A DNA stretch of 64,000 nt from Candidatus Micrarchaeota archaeon (lineage in GTDB: Archaea; Micrarchaeota; Micrarchaeia; Micrarchaeales; CABMGC01). The stretch lies in the NCBI GenBank assembly GCA_021803945.1, contig JAJZKW010000002.1, positions 1,734 to 65,733 on the forward strand. The letters run 5' to 3'. A model generated the notes under the pieces. It had not been told where the DNA came from, ran no database searches, and was given only the letters and a program-made list of their open reading frames with translations. The position numbers and the translations under genes are program-made. Shown piece after piece: positions 28,508-37,291 of the stretch. Positions within the stretch are counted from its first letter, which is position 1, and each line of letters begins with the position of its first letter.

Positions 28508-28945
28508 ATGACTACACTCTTGACACAAAACGCGAAAATGAGACCAAGGAAGATGGAAGTGCAGGTTTCTTATCCTAAGGATAAGGAAATGGACAGGATT
28601 GTAGGGTTGCATGTATTCGGTAACCTGTATGACCTGGACCCCAAGCTTGCCACGGACATTGAGTACCTCAAGGCCGTGGTACTCAAGGCAGTCGAGATTG
28701 CAAAGATGACGCTAGTTGAGCAGAAGGCATGGCAGTTCGGAGGCAAGAAAGGAGGCGTATCAGTAATCGCCCTTGTCACAGAGAGCCACTTCGCGCTGCA
28801 CACCTGGAACGAGTACAAGTACGCTTCAATCGACATATACACCTGCGGGGAGCACTCAGATCCGCATGCGGCATTCAATTACGTTATACAGGCCCTGAAG
28901 CCGAAGAGGCACCAGGTATTCTACGCCAACAGGAGCAGCGAATAA
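28508..28945 (+). CDS. pyruvoyl-dependent decarboxylase proenzyme, AdoMetDC fold (probably crenarchaeal-type arginine decarboxylase)
   Basis: [22 protein letters not shown] self-cleavage site and DIYTCG. Confidence 0.88.
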   Translation: MTTLLTQNAKMRPRKMEVQVSYPKDKEMDRIVGLHVFGNLYDLDPKLATDIEYLKAVVLKAVEIAKMTLVEQKAWQFGGKKGGVSVIALVTESHFALHTWNEYKYASIDIYTCGEHSDPHAAFNYVIQALKPKRHQVFYANRSSE

Positions 28946-29160
28946 ACACCAGGAACATTCTCTCTCTTTATGAAGCACCAGAGCCAGCTTCGGAGCCTAT
29001 GTGATTCGATTTTCCATATCAATACCGCGAATCGAACAGAAGAACCCTTTTGAAGACTTTATGGGTTTAGAACAAGCGCAGTTGCATAGAAGGACTCCTC
29101 CCGGCACGCTTTTAAGCGGACAAAATAACAAGCGCCCATGTGATTATTGGGCAAAATAAT

Positions 29161-29207
29161 AGGTTTTATATATCAGGAAAAGCAATAAAAATGCTGTGAA
29201 TTCTATG
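29161..29207 (+). promoter_or_regulatory. shared promoter/5'UTR cassette, copy 1 (others at 29761-29808 and 33661-33706)
   Basis: Consensus TATATAyCAGrmAAGC..(TAAAAAT).C.GTGA followed by a start codon at similar spacing in all three copies. Confidence 0.6.
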
Positions 29208-29684
29208 TCAAAAACCAAAGGCCAAGAAGGACAGGGAGTTACTGCAAAGGAATCACGTACATTAGCCGATTTAATTAGGAGTGCTAGTAATACTTTAAAC
29301 GAAAGGACAGCTACACTTAAAGCTACTACTGGGCTTCTCCATGATGCTTTAAAAGAAGAGACAGCTACACTTAAAGCTACTACTGAGCTTCTCCAAGCTA
29401 CCACAGCTAGACTTAGAGATACGTATAGACGCAGCATAGAATCAAGGTACCCAGGGCTTGTCAAGGACTGGCAAGAAGAGTTAGATCGTACTTATAGAGC
29501 ATATGGGATACCACTATTAGAATCAGATCATCCAATTAGACAGGCAATTATCGAGCTAATTCCCGATCACATAAACTTACCCAATGTAGTTAGACTTAGC
29601 AATGCTTACCAGTGCTCGCCATCCGGATCAACGCCGCTCGAATCTTTGGAAAAGGAATTAGCCTCCATAATGAGCGGAGACTGA
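29205..29684 (+). CDS. hypothetical protein, paralogue A, with internal 18-aa repeat
   Basis: Aligns to the next ORF (WQ.ELD....G.PLLE..HP.R.A...L.P.H....NV.RL.NA....P.GSTPL.SLEKE.ASI); TATLKATT occurs twice. Confidence 0.75.
   Translation: MSKTKGQEGQGVTAKESRTLADLIRSASNTLNERTATLKATTGLLHDALKEETATLKATTELLQATTARLRDTYRRSIESRYPGLVKDWQEELDRTYRAYGIPLLESDHPIRQAIIELIPDHINLPNVVRLSNAYQCSPSGSTPLESLEKELASIMSGD
29307..29395 (+). repeat. 54-bp-period direct repeat inside paralogue A
   Basis: acagctacacttaaagctactactg(g/a)gcttctcca at 29307 and 29361. Confidence 0.85.
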
Positions 29685-29805
29685 AAAGAAAAGTTAAGAA
29701 ATATCACGACGATACAAAGCAAAGGCAAACCCTCTCCTTCGCGGTAATCGGCAAAAATAGGTAGTTTTATATACCAGAAAAAGCGTTGAGAATGCAGTGA
29801 ATTGT

Positions 29806-30270
29806 ATGTCAAAAGAAAAGACTTTAAACGAAGGGATAGCCAGCCCCAAGGCGAATACAGATGCTTGGGACAAGCTCAAGGAGGTAGTGAGATACGGCAT
29901 AGAACTCACGTTTCCAAAGCGTGTAAGCCACTGGCAAAAGGAGCTTGACAACTTTCTCAGCGCATGCGGTATGCCGCTATTAGAACAGGGTCATCCGGTC
30001 AGGAAGGCAGTCACCATGCTGGTCCCAGGGCACGAAAGCGTTGCAAACGTGATCAGGCTTGCCAATGCTTTCTTTAGCCCTCCGCGGGGTTCAACGCCGC
30101 TCAAATCTTTGGAAAAGGAATCAGCTTCAATAAGGGAAGAGTCTGACAGGATTCGTCATACGGATCCAGATTGGGTGCTCTTTTCCGGATTAAGCAGGAG
30201 CCCCGATAGCATCCTGAGCCCAGATGAAATAGATCTTATACGAAGATCCTCATCCCAAGTGGACGAATAG
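29806..30270 (+). CDS. hypothetical protein, paralogue B
   Basis: Tandem paralogue of 29205-29684 with a duplicated upstream region. Confidence 0.75.
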   Translation: MSKEKTLNEGIASPKANTDAWDKLKEVVRYGIELTFPKRVSHWQKELDNFLSACGMPLLEQGHPVRKAVTMLVPGHESVANVIRLANAFFSPPRGSTPLKSLEKESASIREESDRIRHTDPDWVLFSGLSRSPDSILSPDEIDLIRRSSSQVDE

Positions 30271-30320
30271 TCTTACACCTGCGACATTATCCAATCCAGA
30301 GACCCAGGGAAGGCACATCG

Positions 30321-31631
30321 TCATTCGAACAGCCGCACTCTTGGAACGCTCTTGTACTTTAATTCTACAATCGTGCTATATACCAAGAGCAGCGCAAGTA
30401 TCAGTATGACGCCTAGAGCGAGCACAGCCCTTGGCAGTCCGAAGAGGAAGACCAGGCATCCGGCAATGGCTATGACTGAGAGATACGGATAATATGGCAG
30501 CATGAAGCTGCCATGCTTCTGTCTCCTCCTCATGTTTATCAGCGCGAAGCATGCCATTATCCAAGAGAAGATTATGCCGAAGTTGCTGATGGACAGTATC
30601 GTATATATGTTGCCTGAAAAGAGCATCACTATTTCCACTACTGCTGATATCCATATGCCATTTACTGCAACTCCAGTGTCTTTGTTGAAGGCTCGCGTTA
30701 TCTGCGGAAGCAGACCGTCACTCCCTATCTGGTAAATGAGCCTTGAAGCCGTGAATATCAATGTAAGGGTAGCAGTCGCTATCGCCACCAATATCCCAAT
30801 ATCTATAAGAATGGATATGCCTTGGGGAGCGTGAACATAGTTCAGCGCAGTGCTCAGCGGCTGCGAATTAAGGTCCAGGCTGTAATTTGGTACGAGCAGC
30901 ATTACACCAATGGTAATCAATACGAATGCAACCATGCTTATGAAGATCGAGTAGATCATGGCCTTGCCAGTTCCGACTCCCTTTCCGCGCACGTTATCCG
31001 TCAACCCCGTAAGCACTTGGAATCCTGCATATGCAAACACTATGGTGGTAATCGCCTCTGTGAAATCAGAGACTGGGGCGCTCGAGGCGATTGCATGGAA
31101 TGCGGCAGGGCCTCCCTGCGCTACGTGCAGCAATGCAAACGCCACAAAGAGCGATACCGTAAACAGTATGATGAGGATAAGGCTTTGGTTCAGCTTAGCA
31201 GTTTCCGTTATCCCGCGCATGTTCAACAGCGACAGAGATATTATCAGCAACGCGGCTATGGCTATCTGGTATGCCGGGCTAACAGCAATCCCGAGCACCG
31301 AAAGGAAGTATCCTGCGAAGCCGAACGAAACAGCAGATATTGTAGTGCAGTACCCGAAATACAGCAGTATCCCGGTAACGAATCCAAGCTCAGTCCCAAA
31401 TGCCCTGCTGGCATACGAGTATGCTACTCCCTTAGCCTTAGGCATCATGGAGCTGAGCTCGCCGAGGTTACCCGCGACAAGCATGGCAACAATACCGACC
31501 ACTACGTATCCGAGCAGCGAGAAGACGCCGTCCTGCGCTATCGGTATGCCTGTTACTACGAACAGCGTGTCCCCTATTATTGCGCCCAGGCATATGGCAA
31601 CAGCTGTCTTCATATCTATTTTGTAGGACAA
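30321..31631 (-). CDS. APC-family amino acid/polyamine permease
   Basis: GAIIG in TM1, ELSSMMPKAKG..Y, FAYAGF, SRLIY.IG.DGLLP; about 12 TM. Confidence 0.9.
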   Translation of the reverse strand: MSYKIDMKTAVAICLGAIIGDTLFVVTGIPIAQDGVFSLLGYVVVGIVAMLVAGNLGELSSMMPKAKGVAYSYASRAFGTELGFVTGILLYFGYCTTISAVSFGFAGYFLSVLGIAVSPAYQIAIAALLIISLSLLNMRGITETAKLNQSLILIILFTVSLFVAFALLHVAQGGPAAFHAIASSAPVSDFTEAITTIVFAYAGFQVLTGLTDNVRGKGVGTGKAMIYSIFISMVAFVLITIGVMLLVPNYSLDLNSQPLSTALNYVHAPQGISILIDIGILVAIATATLTLIFTASRLIYQIGSDGLLPQITRAFNKDTGVAVNGIWISAVVEIVMLFSGNIYTILSISNFGIIFSWIMACFALINMRRRQKHGSFMLPYYPYLSVIAIAGCLVFLFGLPRAVLALGVILILALLLVYSTIVELKYKSVPRVRLFE

Positions 31632-31696
31632 TCGCCATCCCGATTAAATATGCTACTTACTAATTTAAATCTATACGCGCATAAAAGTTAGACTGT

Positions 31697-31768
31697 GCCC
31701 TAGTAGCTCAGTGGTAGAGCGCTTGTTTTGTAAACAAGAAGTCGGGGGTTCGATCCCCTCCTAGGGCT
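31697..31768 (+). tRNA. tRNA-Thr(TGT)
   Basis: GCCCTAG/CTAGGGC-T acceptor, anticodon arm CTTGT-TT TGT AA-ACAAG, GGGGG-TTCGATC-CCCTC; no intron, no CCA. Confidence 0.96.
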
Positions 31769-31958
31769 TCGCCATTTTTGGGAAAGCCCTTATACGATAC
31801 CATAAATATTTATCTAACTTTAATTATTAATGAGGGTTTTATATGAATTGCTTACGTTCAGCGCGTTCTAAAGCTAGGACAATGTTAGAAAACGGCTTAT
31901 GGATTTTAAAACGCTTGCATAGCGAAAAGATTTTAATACCATAATTAGATATAGCTTC

Positions 31959-32366
31959 ATGGTTGATGCACAACAAATGGAAACCACGACTTCGCAACCT
32001 CAAACTAAAGGCATGGAGAAAAGAGAGCGTGGTACATTACTGACCATCTGGTTAGGGATTATGTTCCTTGCGACGTTGGTTGTTTCTATAACATATCTAT
32101 TCTTTAATTCATTTATCACAAAAGCACTTCCAAATATTTCAACTTCGATAATCTATGTGCTTGGTGCTTTGTCAGTTATCCAGCTAATTTCTATATACTT
32201 CATCTTCAAGTGGAAAAAAATAGGGTTTTATGGTGTTTTAGGACCTGCAGCCATAAGTTTTGTCATAAATGTACTTTATTTAGGGTTTTCATCTGCGATA
32301 CGTGGGCTTCTCGGCCTGATGATATTATACTTACTGGTTAGGAATAAATGGAATTTGTTCGAATAA
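31959..32366 (+). CDS. hypothetical 4-TM membrane protein
   Basis: Four hydrophobic segments, FKWKKIGFYG loop; AT-rich codon usage. Confidence 0.75.
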   Translation: MVDAQQMETTTSQPQTKGMEKRERGTLLTIWLGIMFLATLVVSITYLFFNSFITKALPNISTSIIYVLGALSVIQLISIYFIFKWKKIGFYGVLGPAAISFVINVLYLGFSSAIRGLLGLMILYLLVRNKWNLFE

Positions 32367-32367
32367 A

Positions 32368-32553
32368 TCAGGTAGCTTTAGGTGGGCTCGAGGAGAATAG
32401 AACTCTAACCTCTGTCATGGAATTTACGTAGGGATATATAAGAGTTCCAAAGGTCCTCTTTTCTAACACTATCTTAGGCCTCGCCGCCTCTGCATTGAGA
32501 TATTTGTATACTTCTTCTGCTTCTGAAGAAAAGATAACTCGGACGGGTTTCAT
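32368..32553 (-). pseudogene. truncated RelE-like toxin remnant
   Basis: MKPVRVIFSSEAEEVYKYL resembles a RelE beta1-alpha1 start. ATGA-coupled to the upstream wHTH gene. The distal part reads through TATA-like and tRNA-like DNA. Confidence 0.5.
32381..32420 (-). pseudogene. degenerate tRNA 3' half (Val-like), possible att-site relic
   Basis: Minus strand CCATGACAGAGGTTAGAGTTCTATTCTCCTCGAGCCCACC resembles anticodon 3' strand, variable loop, T arm and acceptor CGAGCCC-A-CC. Confidence 0.55.
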
Positions 32554-32831
32554 ATTTCCATCCCCTTTGCTATTGCTTGCCTAAGGTTTGCGCTGGTATT
32601 GTGTATCCAAGTTATCCCCTTAAGGGTCACTACTATTTTATTGCTCTTTTCAAGGTATTCGAGAATAGTCATCAATGTATAATGATTAACCTGTTTTGGC
32701 AGATTTCTCTTAATTTCTGGTATAGTTATTATAGAGTTCTTCGAATTTTTTATAACCTCTTCAACCATAATAACTGTATTTAATGTTGGGGATGACCTCT
32801 GCATAGTTATCGTTTTTGGCATATCAATCAA
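32550..32831 (-). CDS. small winged-helix-like protein (putative antitoxin)
   Basis: SPTLNTVIMVEEVI...EIKRNLPKQV....LMTILEYLEKSNKI....KGITWI helix-helix-wing pattern. Confidence 0.65.
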   Translation of the reverse strand: MIDMPKTITMQRSSPTLNTVIMVEEVIKNSKNSIITIPEIKRNLPKQVNHYTLMTILEYLEKSNKIVVTLKGITWIHNTSANLRQAIAKGMEI

Positions 32832-32980
32832 CTTTATTTATCAGCCAATAATAATTATATACTAATAGATATATAAATCCTGTGGTCTACGTAGTAAATA
32901 AGCGGAAGAAAACACCCACATTGCTTAAATAGCCAAGTCTGGCGAAACGTATACAACGACATATCGAAGAGAAAATCCCG

Positions 32981-33481
32981 CTATTTCGATAGCCGGACGT
33001 ATATCCTCCGATACTGCAGTAACACTGCCGCAACCAGAATCACAGCAGTTGCAATGTATAAGTATAGAAAAGGGGAAACCGTGCTGCTATACATGCTATA
33101 ACCTATTGAAACTGTCAGAAGAAGCCCCATTAAGCCCATCACGGCAAGGACCAACGAGTGCACAGTAAATATCATGCTGAACGCCATACTCTGTTTATTG
33201 CCTGCGTTCTTCTGCTGACCTATGCGGTAGAATATCGAGGGAAGGTTAATTAGATAAGGGTACTTTTCAAATAGTGTATACCTATAGTGGATCACCAAGA
33301 GGAATATCGCCGAAACGCAGGTGAATACAAAAGGGACTATTAAGAGCCTGACCTTGTTACCTAAAAGCCCGAAATAATAAATCGCTATAATCCAGGCAAA
33401 CAGGTTAAAAAGCAATCCAATAACGATAAGCGCCCTAGCTCCTCTTTCCAGCCCATACCTCTTAAGTTTTCTTCCTGCCAT
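32981..33481 (-). CDS. hypothetical 4-TM membrane protein
   Basis: Four TM segments, YPYLINLP loop. Confidence 0.75.
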   Translation of the reverse strand: MAGRKLKRYGLERGARALIVIGLLFNLFAWIIAIYYFGLLGNKVRLLIVPFVFTCVSAIFLLVIHYRYTLFEKYPYLINLPSIFYRIGQQKNAGNKQSMAFSMIFTVHSLVLAVMGLMGLLLTVSIGYSMYSSTVSPFLYLYIATAVILVAAVLLQYRRIYVRLSK

Positions 33482-33703
33482 AGAAAATACACTCGATCAA
33501 GATACTTATGCCTTGTGCCGGAGCAAACTGATCACAGCTCCGCCCAAGCATATCTGCATGTTAATGCGGACATAAAGGAAAATCAGGCATTCTTCCAAGG
33601 ATTCCAATAAAGGCGATGGCCCTTATGGCCCCCACGCGTAGCTGTCCAACGCAGCACGAGAAGGTATATATACCAGGCAAGCTCTAAAAATTCCGGTGAT
33701 AAA

Positions 33704-34150
33704 GTGGCATCGGCAAGACATGCAGAACCAAAAGTCGCGTATAAAGTCCAGACATACGTGGAATACCTCTATCCTGGGGTACTCGCAAGCGAGATTTCGG
33801 CAAGTCCTGTTGCAACCCGCAACATAGCCAAGACCGCGCTGGCTCTGCCAGAAGACGCATATGGGTTCAGGTTTTTTGATAGGACAGAGGCGACTGTCAA
33901 TGGAGAAGAGCTCTTAGGAAAGCCAAAGAATTTCTCCCCCACATATTATCCAGGAGGCAAAATATACACCCTTGAGCAGGTAGAAAAGGGAGACCTAAAG
34001 ACCCCACGATGCGATATTCTTCTAGGAAACATGATAAGAAACAACTTTCCTAGGGTTGTTGAGACAAGAACTGGCAATGTCTATCCTGTTTCCGAAGGCG
34101 ACCAAATAATAGACCTAGACGCTTCCGCAAGAAGTGCAGCAAGGGATTAA
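33704..34150 (+). CDS. hypothetical protein
   Basis: 148-aa soluble ORF, GGTG SD before a GTG start; YVEYLYPG and AYGFRFFDR motifs. Confidence 0.75.
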   Translation: MASARHAEPKVAYKVQTYVEYLYPGVLASEISASPVATRNIAKTALALPEDAYGFRFFDRTEATVNGEELLGKPKNFSPTYYPGGKIYTLEQVEKGDLKTPRCDILLGNMIRNNFPRVVETRTGNVYPVSEGDQIIDLDASARSAARD

Positions 34151-34190
34151 CTGGATTCGGCGCTGTTTACGGATTACAAAAGATCTGCTG

Positions 34191-35360
34191 CTAACTGGCA
34201 GTGGCTGAAGCCGTTGCGTATGCTCCCTCCTTGCCCACGACATTTATCCTGTACGTAGCTCCTGCCTTCGGAGTTGTCCTGAACGCTCCGTCGTTGTATG
34301 TCGCAGTTCCGCTGTATGTAATAGTCACTGTGGCACCAGGCCCTACTGTCATGCCGCCCTGTACCGACGAGCTTCCTGATACGAGCACCAACGCACCTCC
34401 AGATCCCACAGAGAAGGTCTGCATTCCGTAAGACTGCAGCCTGAGCCCTATGCCTGCAAGTACCTTGGCGGCAACGCTCAGGTTGCCATACGCCCTGCCT
34501 GACAATCCGCCTGTCAGGGCTGCGTTTACACTGCCGCTCAACGAAGCATTTGCCCTGGCAGATGACTGCGCAGCGACCGTCTGCTGGCCATACACATTAA
34601 CTGTGTTCAGGACAACGCTCTGGTTTCCGCTGTTCTGCACGACTATCGATACTGTTGTCGTGTTGCCGCTCGCGGCTATCGATGATGATACTATCCTGAC
34701 ATCCGGAGTTATATCAGCCAGGGCTGCCTTTGCGCCCGCGCTTAATGCAGTTGTCGCGCCTATGCTTGCGGCAGATTGGATGTTCACCCCGCTTACTACT
34801 GCTGCCTTTATTGCAGGTACCCTAATGAAAACCGTAGAATTTTGGCTGAATGCTGCCGACACCGTAGGTGTGTAGTCTATCAGCACTCCAGATGCAGCGT
34901 TTATGCTCTCGTTTCCCGATATGGACACAAGCACCTGCGGCTTAGAAACAGGCACAGAATATGTGGTCCCGTTTATTGTAATATTTACTGATGTTACATT
35001 GAACATTACCTGTCTTATGGCTGAACCTGCTTCCAGGTTGGCATAGCCCATCACCTGTGCACTATCCTGTATTGCCATGAGGTTTACACTGCCGCTTCCG
35101 ACAGCATTAACCCATCCTGAGCCTGAAGGATCGGTACTGTTGACTTTCATCGAGGTATAGGTGAATACCAGCGCAGACGTGCCGGAAGGGACCTGCGCAG
35201 GGTCGGTCATCATGACCGGTACCCTGACAACTGACCCTTTGCCCATGCTTGTGGTGTTTGAAGTGCCTGTTGAAGGGGCGGAAATGCCGCTCAGCGCCGC
35301 AAGCCCTATAACCAACAATGCGATTACCGCTATGCCTGCCATGATTCCTGCGTTTTTCAT
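34191..35360 (-). CDS. secreted/anchored Ser-Thr-rich beta protein (DUF4382-like N-domain)
   Basis: N-terminal signal/TM; VMMTDPAQVPSG...GSGSVNLM; many N-x-S/T sequons. Confidence 0.7.
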   Translation of the reverse strand: MKNAGIMAGIAVIALLVIGLAALSGISAPSTGTSNTTSMGKGSVVRVPVMMTDPAQVPSGTSALVFTYTSMKVNSTDPSGSGWVNAVGSGSVNLMAIQDSAQVMGYANLEAGSAIRQVMFNVTSVNITINGTTYSVPVSKPQVLVSISGNESINAASGVLIDYTPTVSAAFSQNSTVFIRVPAIKAAVVSGVNIQSAASIGATTALSAGAKAALADITPDVRIVSSSIAASGNTTTVSIVVQNSGNQSVVLNTVNVYGQQTVAAQSSARANASLSGSVNAALTGGLSGRAYGNLSVAAKVLAGIGLRLQSYGMQTFSVGSGGALVLVSGSSSVQGGMTVGPGATVTITYSGTATYNDGAFRTTPKAGATYRINVVGKEGAYATASATAS

Positions 35361-35490
35361 GTATTCACTGTTTTATTAGGACCTTGTAAGCCTTAAATAT
35401 CTTCATATCCGTGCGCAGATCCAATCCGATAGCGGCGCAACCTTTTTAAATTTTTTCTTAGCATCTATTACTTGGACATGGTGCAGTCGC

Positions 35491-35685
35491 TTGAATAAGA
35501 GACAACGGCTAACAATCGCTGGAATTCTTATACTGATACCTTTTGCCGTGTACTTCGACGTGCCATTCTACAATGTGGTGAACCCAGAGCTTGGGGGCCT
35601 TCCATTCTTCTACTGGTTCCAGATGGCGATGCTTCCTGTATCCGCAGTCCTGTTCGTCATAGCAGCATTCCTGATTGATGGTTGA
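35491..35685 (+). CDS. DUF3311 small membrane protein (SSS partner)
   Basis: PFYNVVNPELGGLPFFYWFQ; overlaps the symporter start. Confidence 0.88.
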   Translation: MNKRQRLTIAGILILIPFAVYFDVPFYNVVNPELGGLPFFYWFQMAMLPVSAVLFVIAAFLIDG

Positions 35686-37250
35686 ATAATATGTTGGTCA
35701 GTGCACTTGGCATAGCAATTTTCCTGATACTCTTCTTAGCATTCGTATTTTTGGGATTCTACGGTTCAAGATGGCGGAAGGGAAACCTGAATACGCTCTC
35801 GGAATGGGGTCTTGCTGGCAGGAGGCTTGGACCGTACCTAAGCTGGTTCCTCATAGGGGCCGACGTCTTCACCGCATATACCTTCATAGCCGTGCCGTCC
35901 CTAGCCTATGCCGGAGGCTCTATGGCCTTCTTCGCAGTTCCATACGTGGCGATAGTCTTCGGGATAGCAATGCTCACAATGCCAAGGCTGTGGCAGGTGT
36001 CGAGGAATAAGGGATATGTTACGGCATCAGACTTCGTGAAGGCCAGGTTCAACAGCCGTTCATTGTCCATACTGATTGCTATAACAGCAGTGGTTGCCAC
36101 TCTCCCGTACATAGCGCTCCAGATAGCCGGGATGCAGGCTGTGCTTACAATAATACTATACGGTGTCGCCAGCGCAGGAACAGTATCAGAGATAGCCCTT
36201 ATAATATCATTCATAATACTTGCAGCATTCACATTCACAAGCGGCCTCAGGGGCGTAACCCTCGGATCGATATTCAAGGACATACTGATATTCCTTACAG
36301 TGATCGTAGTCATAGTGGCGGTCCTGCTTTCATACGGAGGGTTTACGCACTCGTTCGCATCAATCGCAAGCATAAAAGGTGCAACTGCATCCTCTCCATA
36401 TTCCACACTCCCGGCGGCCAGCGTACCGGCATTCTTCACCCTCTTTCTCGGAAGCGCATTCGCCCTTTACTTATATCCACACATAATAAACGGGAGCCTG
36501 GCAGCTAACTCGAAGAAGTCGCTCAGGAGGAGCCTTGCGATGCTGCCTATATATTCGATAGGCCTGGCCCTTCTCGCTCTATTCGGAATAGTCATATATG
36601 CGGTACCTAGCGCGCTTGCAATAGTGAAGGCCGCAGGCAACGGCCTGCTCACAGTCCCATCATTGATAGTGACTATCCTTCCAGGATGGCTCGCAGGGAT
36701 CTGCCTGCTCGGCATATTCGTAGGAGGCATGGTGCCTGCAGCGCTTATGGCTATAGCCGCAGCCAACCTGCTCTCAAGGAACGTAATAAAGGAGTTCAAG
36801 CCGGACATCACCCCGGCAGGGGAGACCAGAATAGCCAAGTGGCTCTCAGCTGCATTGAAGTTCATAGCGCTTGGATTCGTATTCGTGGCTCCGCTCACAT
36901 ACGCGATACAGCTACAGCTGCTAGGAGGCGTCATAATACTCCAGCTCCTGCCTGCAGTGTTCCTCGGCCTATTCATGAAGAAGCTCGACTGGAAGCCCCT
37001 GACTCTAGGATGGGCTGTAGGGCTTATAGTCGGAATATGGCTTGTCCTGCTTGCAAACCACTTCGGTGCGCTTGCAACGTCTGATTTCAAGACAAGCATA
37101 GGCCTCCTGTACATAGGCCTGATAGCGCTAGCTGCCAATCTTGCAGTATCCCTTGTAGGTTCTGCCCTGGTCGAGAGCATAGGCGCGAGGAGGAAGGGCC
37201 TCATAAAGGAAGCCGAGCTCCTGGGCGATGTAAAGGTCTCAAGGGCGTAA
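35682..37250 (+). CDS. sodium:solute symporter (MctP-like)
   Basis: EWGLAGRRLG...WFLIGADVFTAYTFIAVP, GYVTASDFV..RF, PYIALQ, SGLRG. Confidence 0.92.
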   Translation: MNNMLVSALGIAIFLILFLAFVFLGFYGSRWRKGNLNTLSEWGLAGRRLGPYLSWFLIGADVFTAYTFIAVPSLAYAGGSMAFFAVPYVAIVFGIAMLTMPRLWQVSRNKGYVTASDFVKARFNSRSLSILIAITAVVATLPYIALQIAGMQAVLTIILYGVASAGTVSEIALIISFIILAAFTFTSGLRGVTLGSIFKDILIFLTVIVVIVAVLLSYGGFTHSFASIASIKGATASSPYSTLPAASVPAFFTLFLGSAFALYLYPHIINGSLAANSKKSLRRSLAMLPIYSIGLALLALFGIVIYAVPSALAIVKAAGNGLLTVPSLIVTILPGWLAGICLLGIFVGGMVPAALMAIAAANLLSRNVIKEFKPDITPAGETRIAKWLSAALKFIALGFVFVAPLTYAIQLQLLGGVIILQLLPAVFLGLFMKKLDWKPLTLGWAVGLIVGIWLVLLANHFGALATSDFKTSIGLLYIGLIALAANLAVSLVGSALVESIGARRKGLIKEAELLGDVKVSRA

Positions 37251-37291
37251 GCAGGCAACCGATCCCTAATGCTTCATTGCCGTTCCTGCGA

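Larger units (their letters stand above)
31769..32980. other. AT-rich islet downstream of tRNA-Thr(TGT)
   Basis: AT-rich; contains a membrane ORF, a tRNA relic and a decayed two-gene module. Confidence 0.6.

Noticed and set aside
29205..30270. Diversity-generating retroelement behind the paralogue pair
   Set aside because: No reverse transcriptase in the window, and differences between the copies are not adenine-specific.
32473..32483. 11-bp match (cttaggcctcg) to the 5' junction of tRNA-Thr(CGT) near the toxin breakpoint
   Set aside because: Too short to be significant in 64 kb, and att sites normally involve tRNA 3' ends.
33611..33660. GGCGATGG start resembling a fluoride riboswitch
   Set aside because: The pairing partner and downstream conserved elements are missing, and no crcB-type gene follows.
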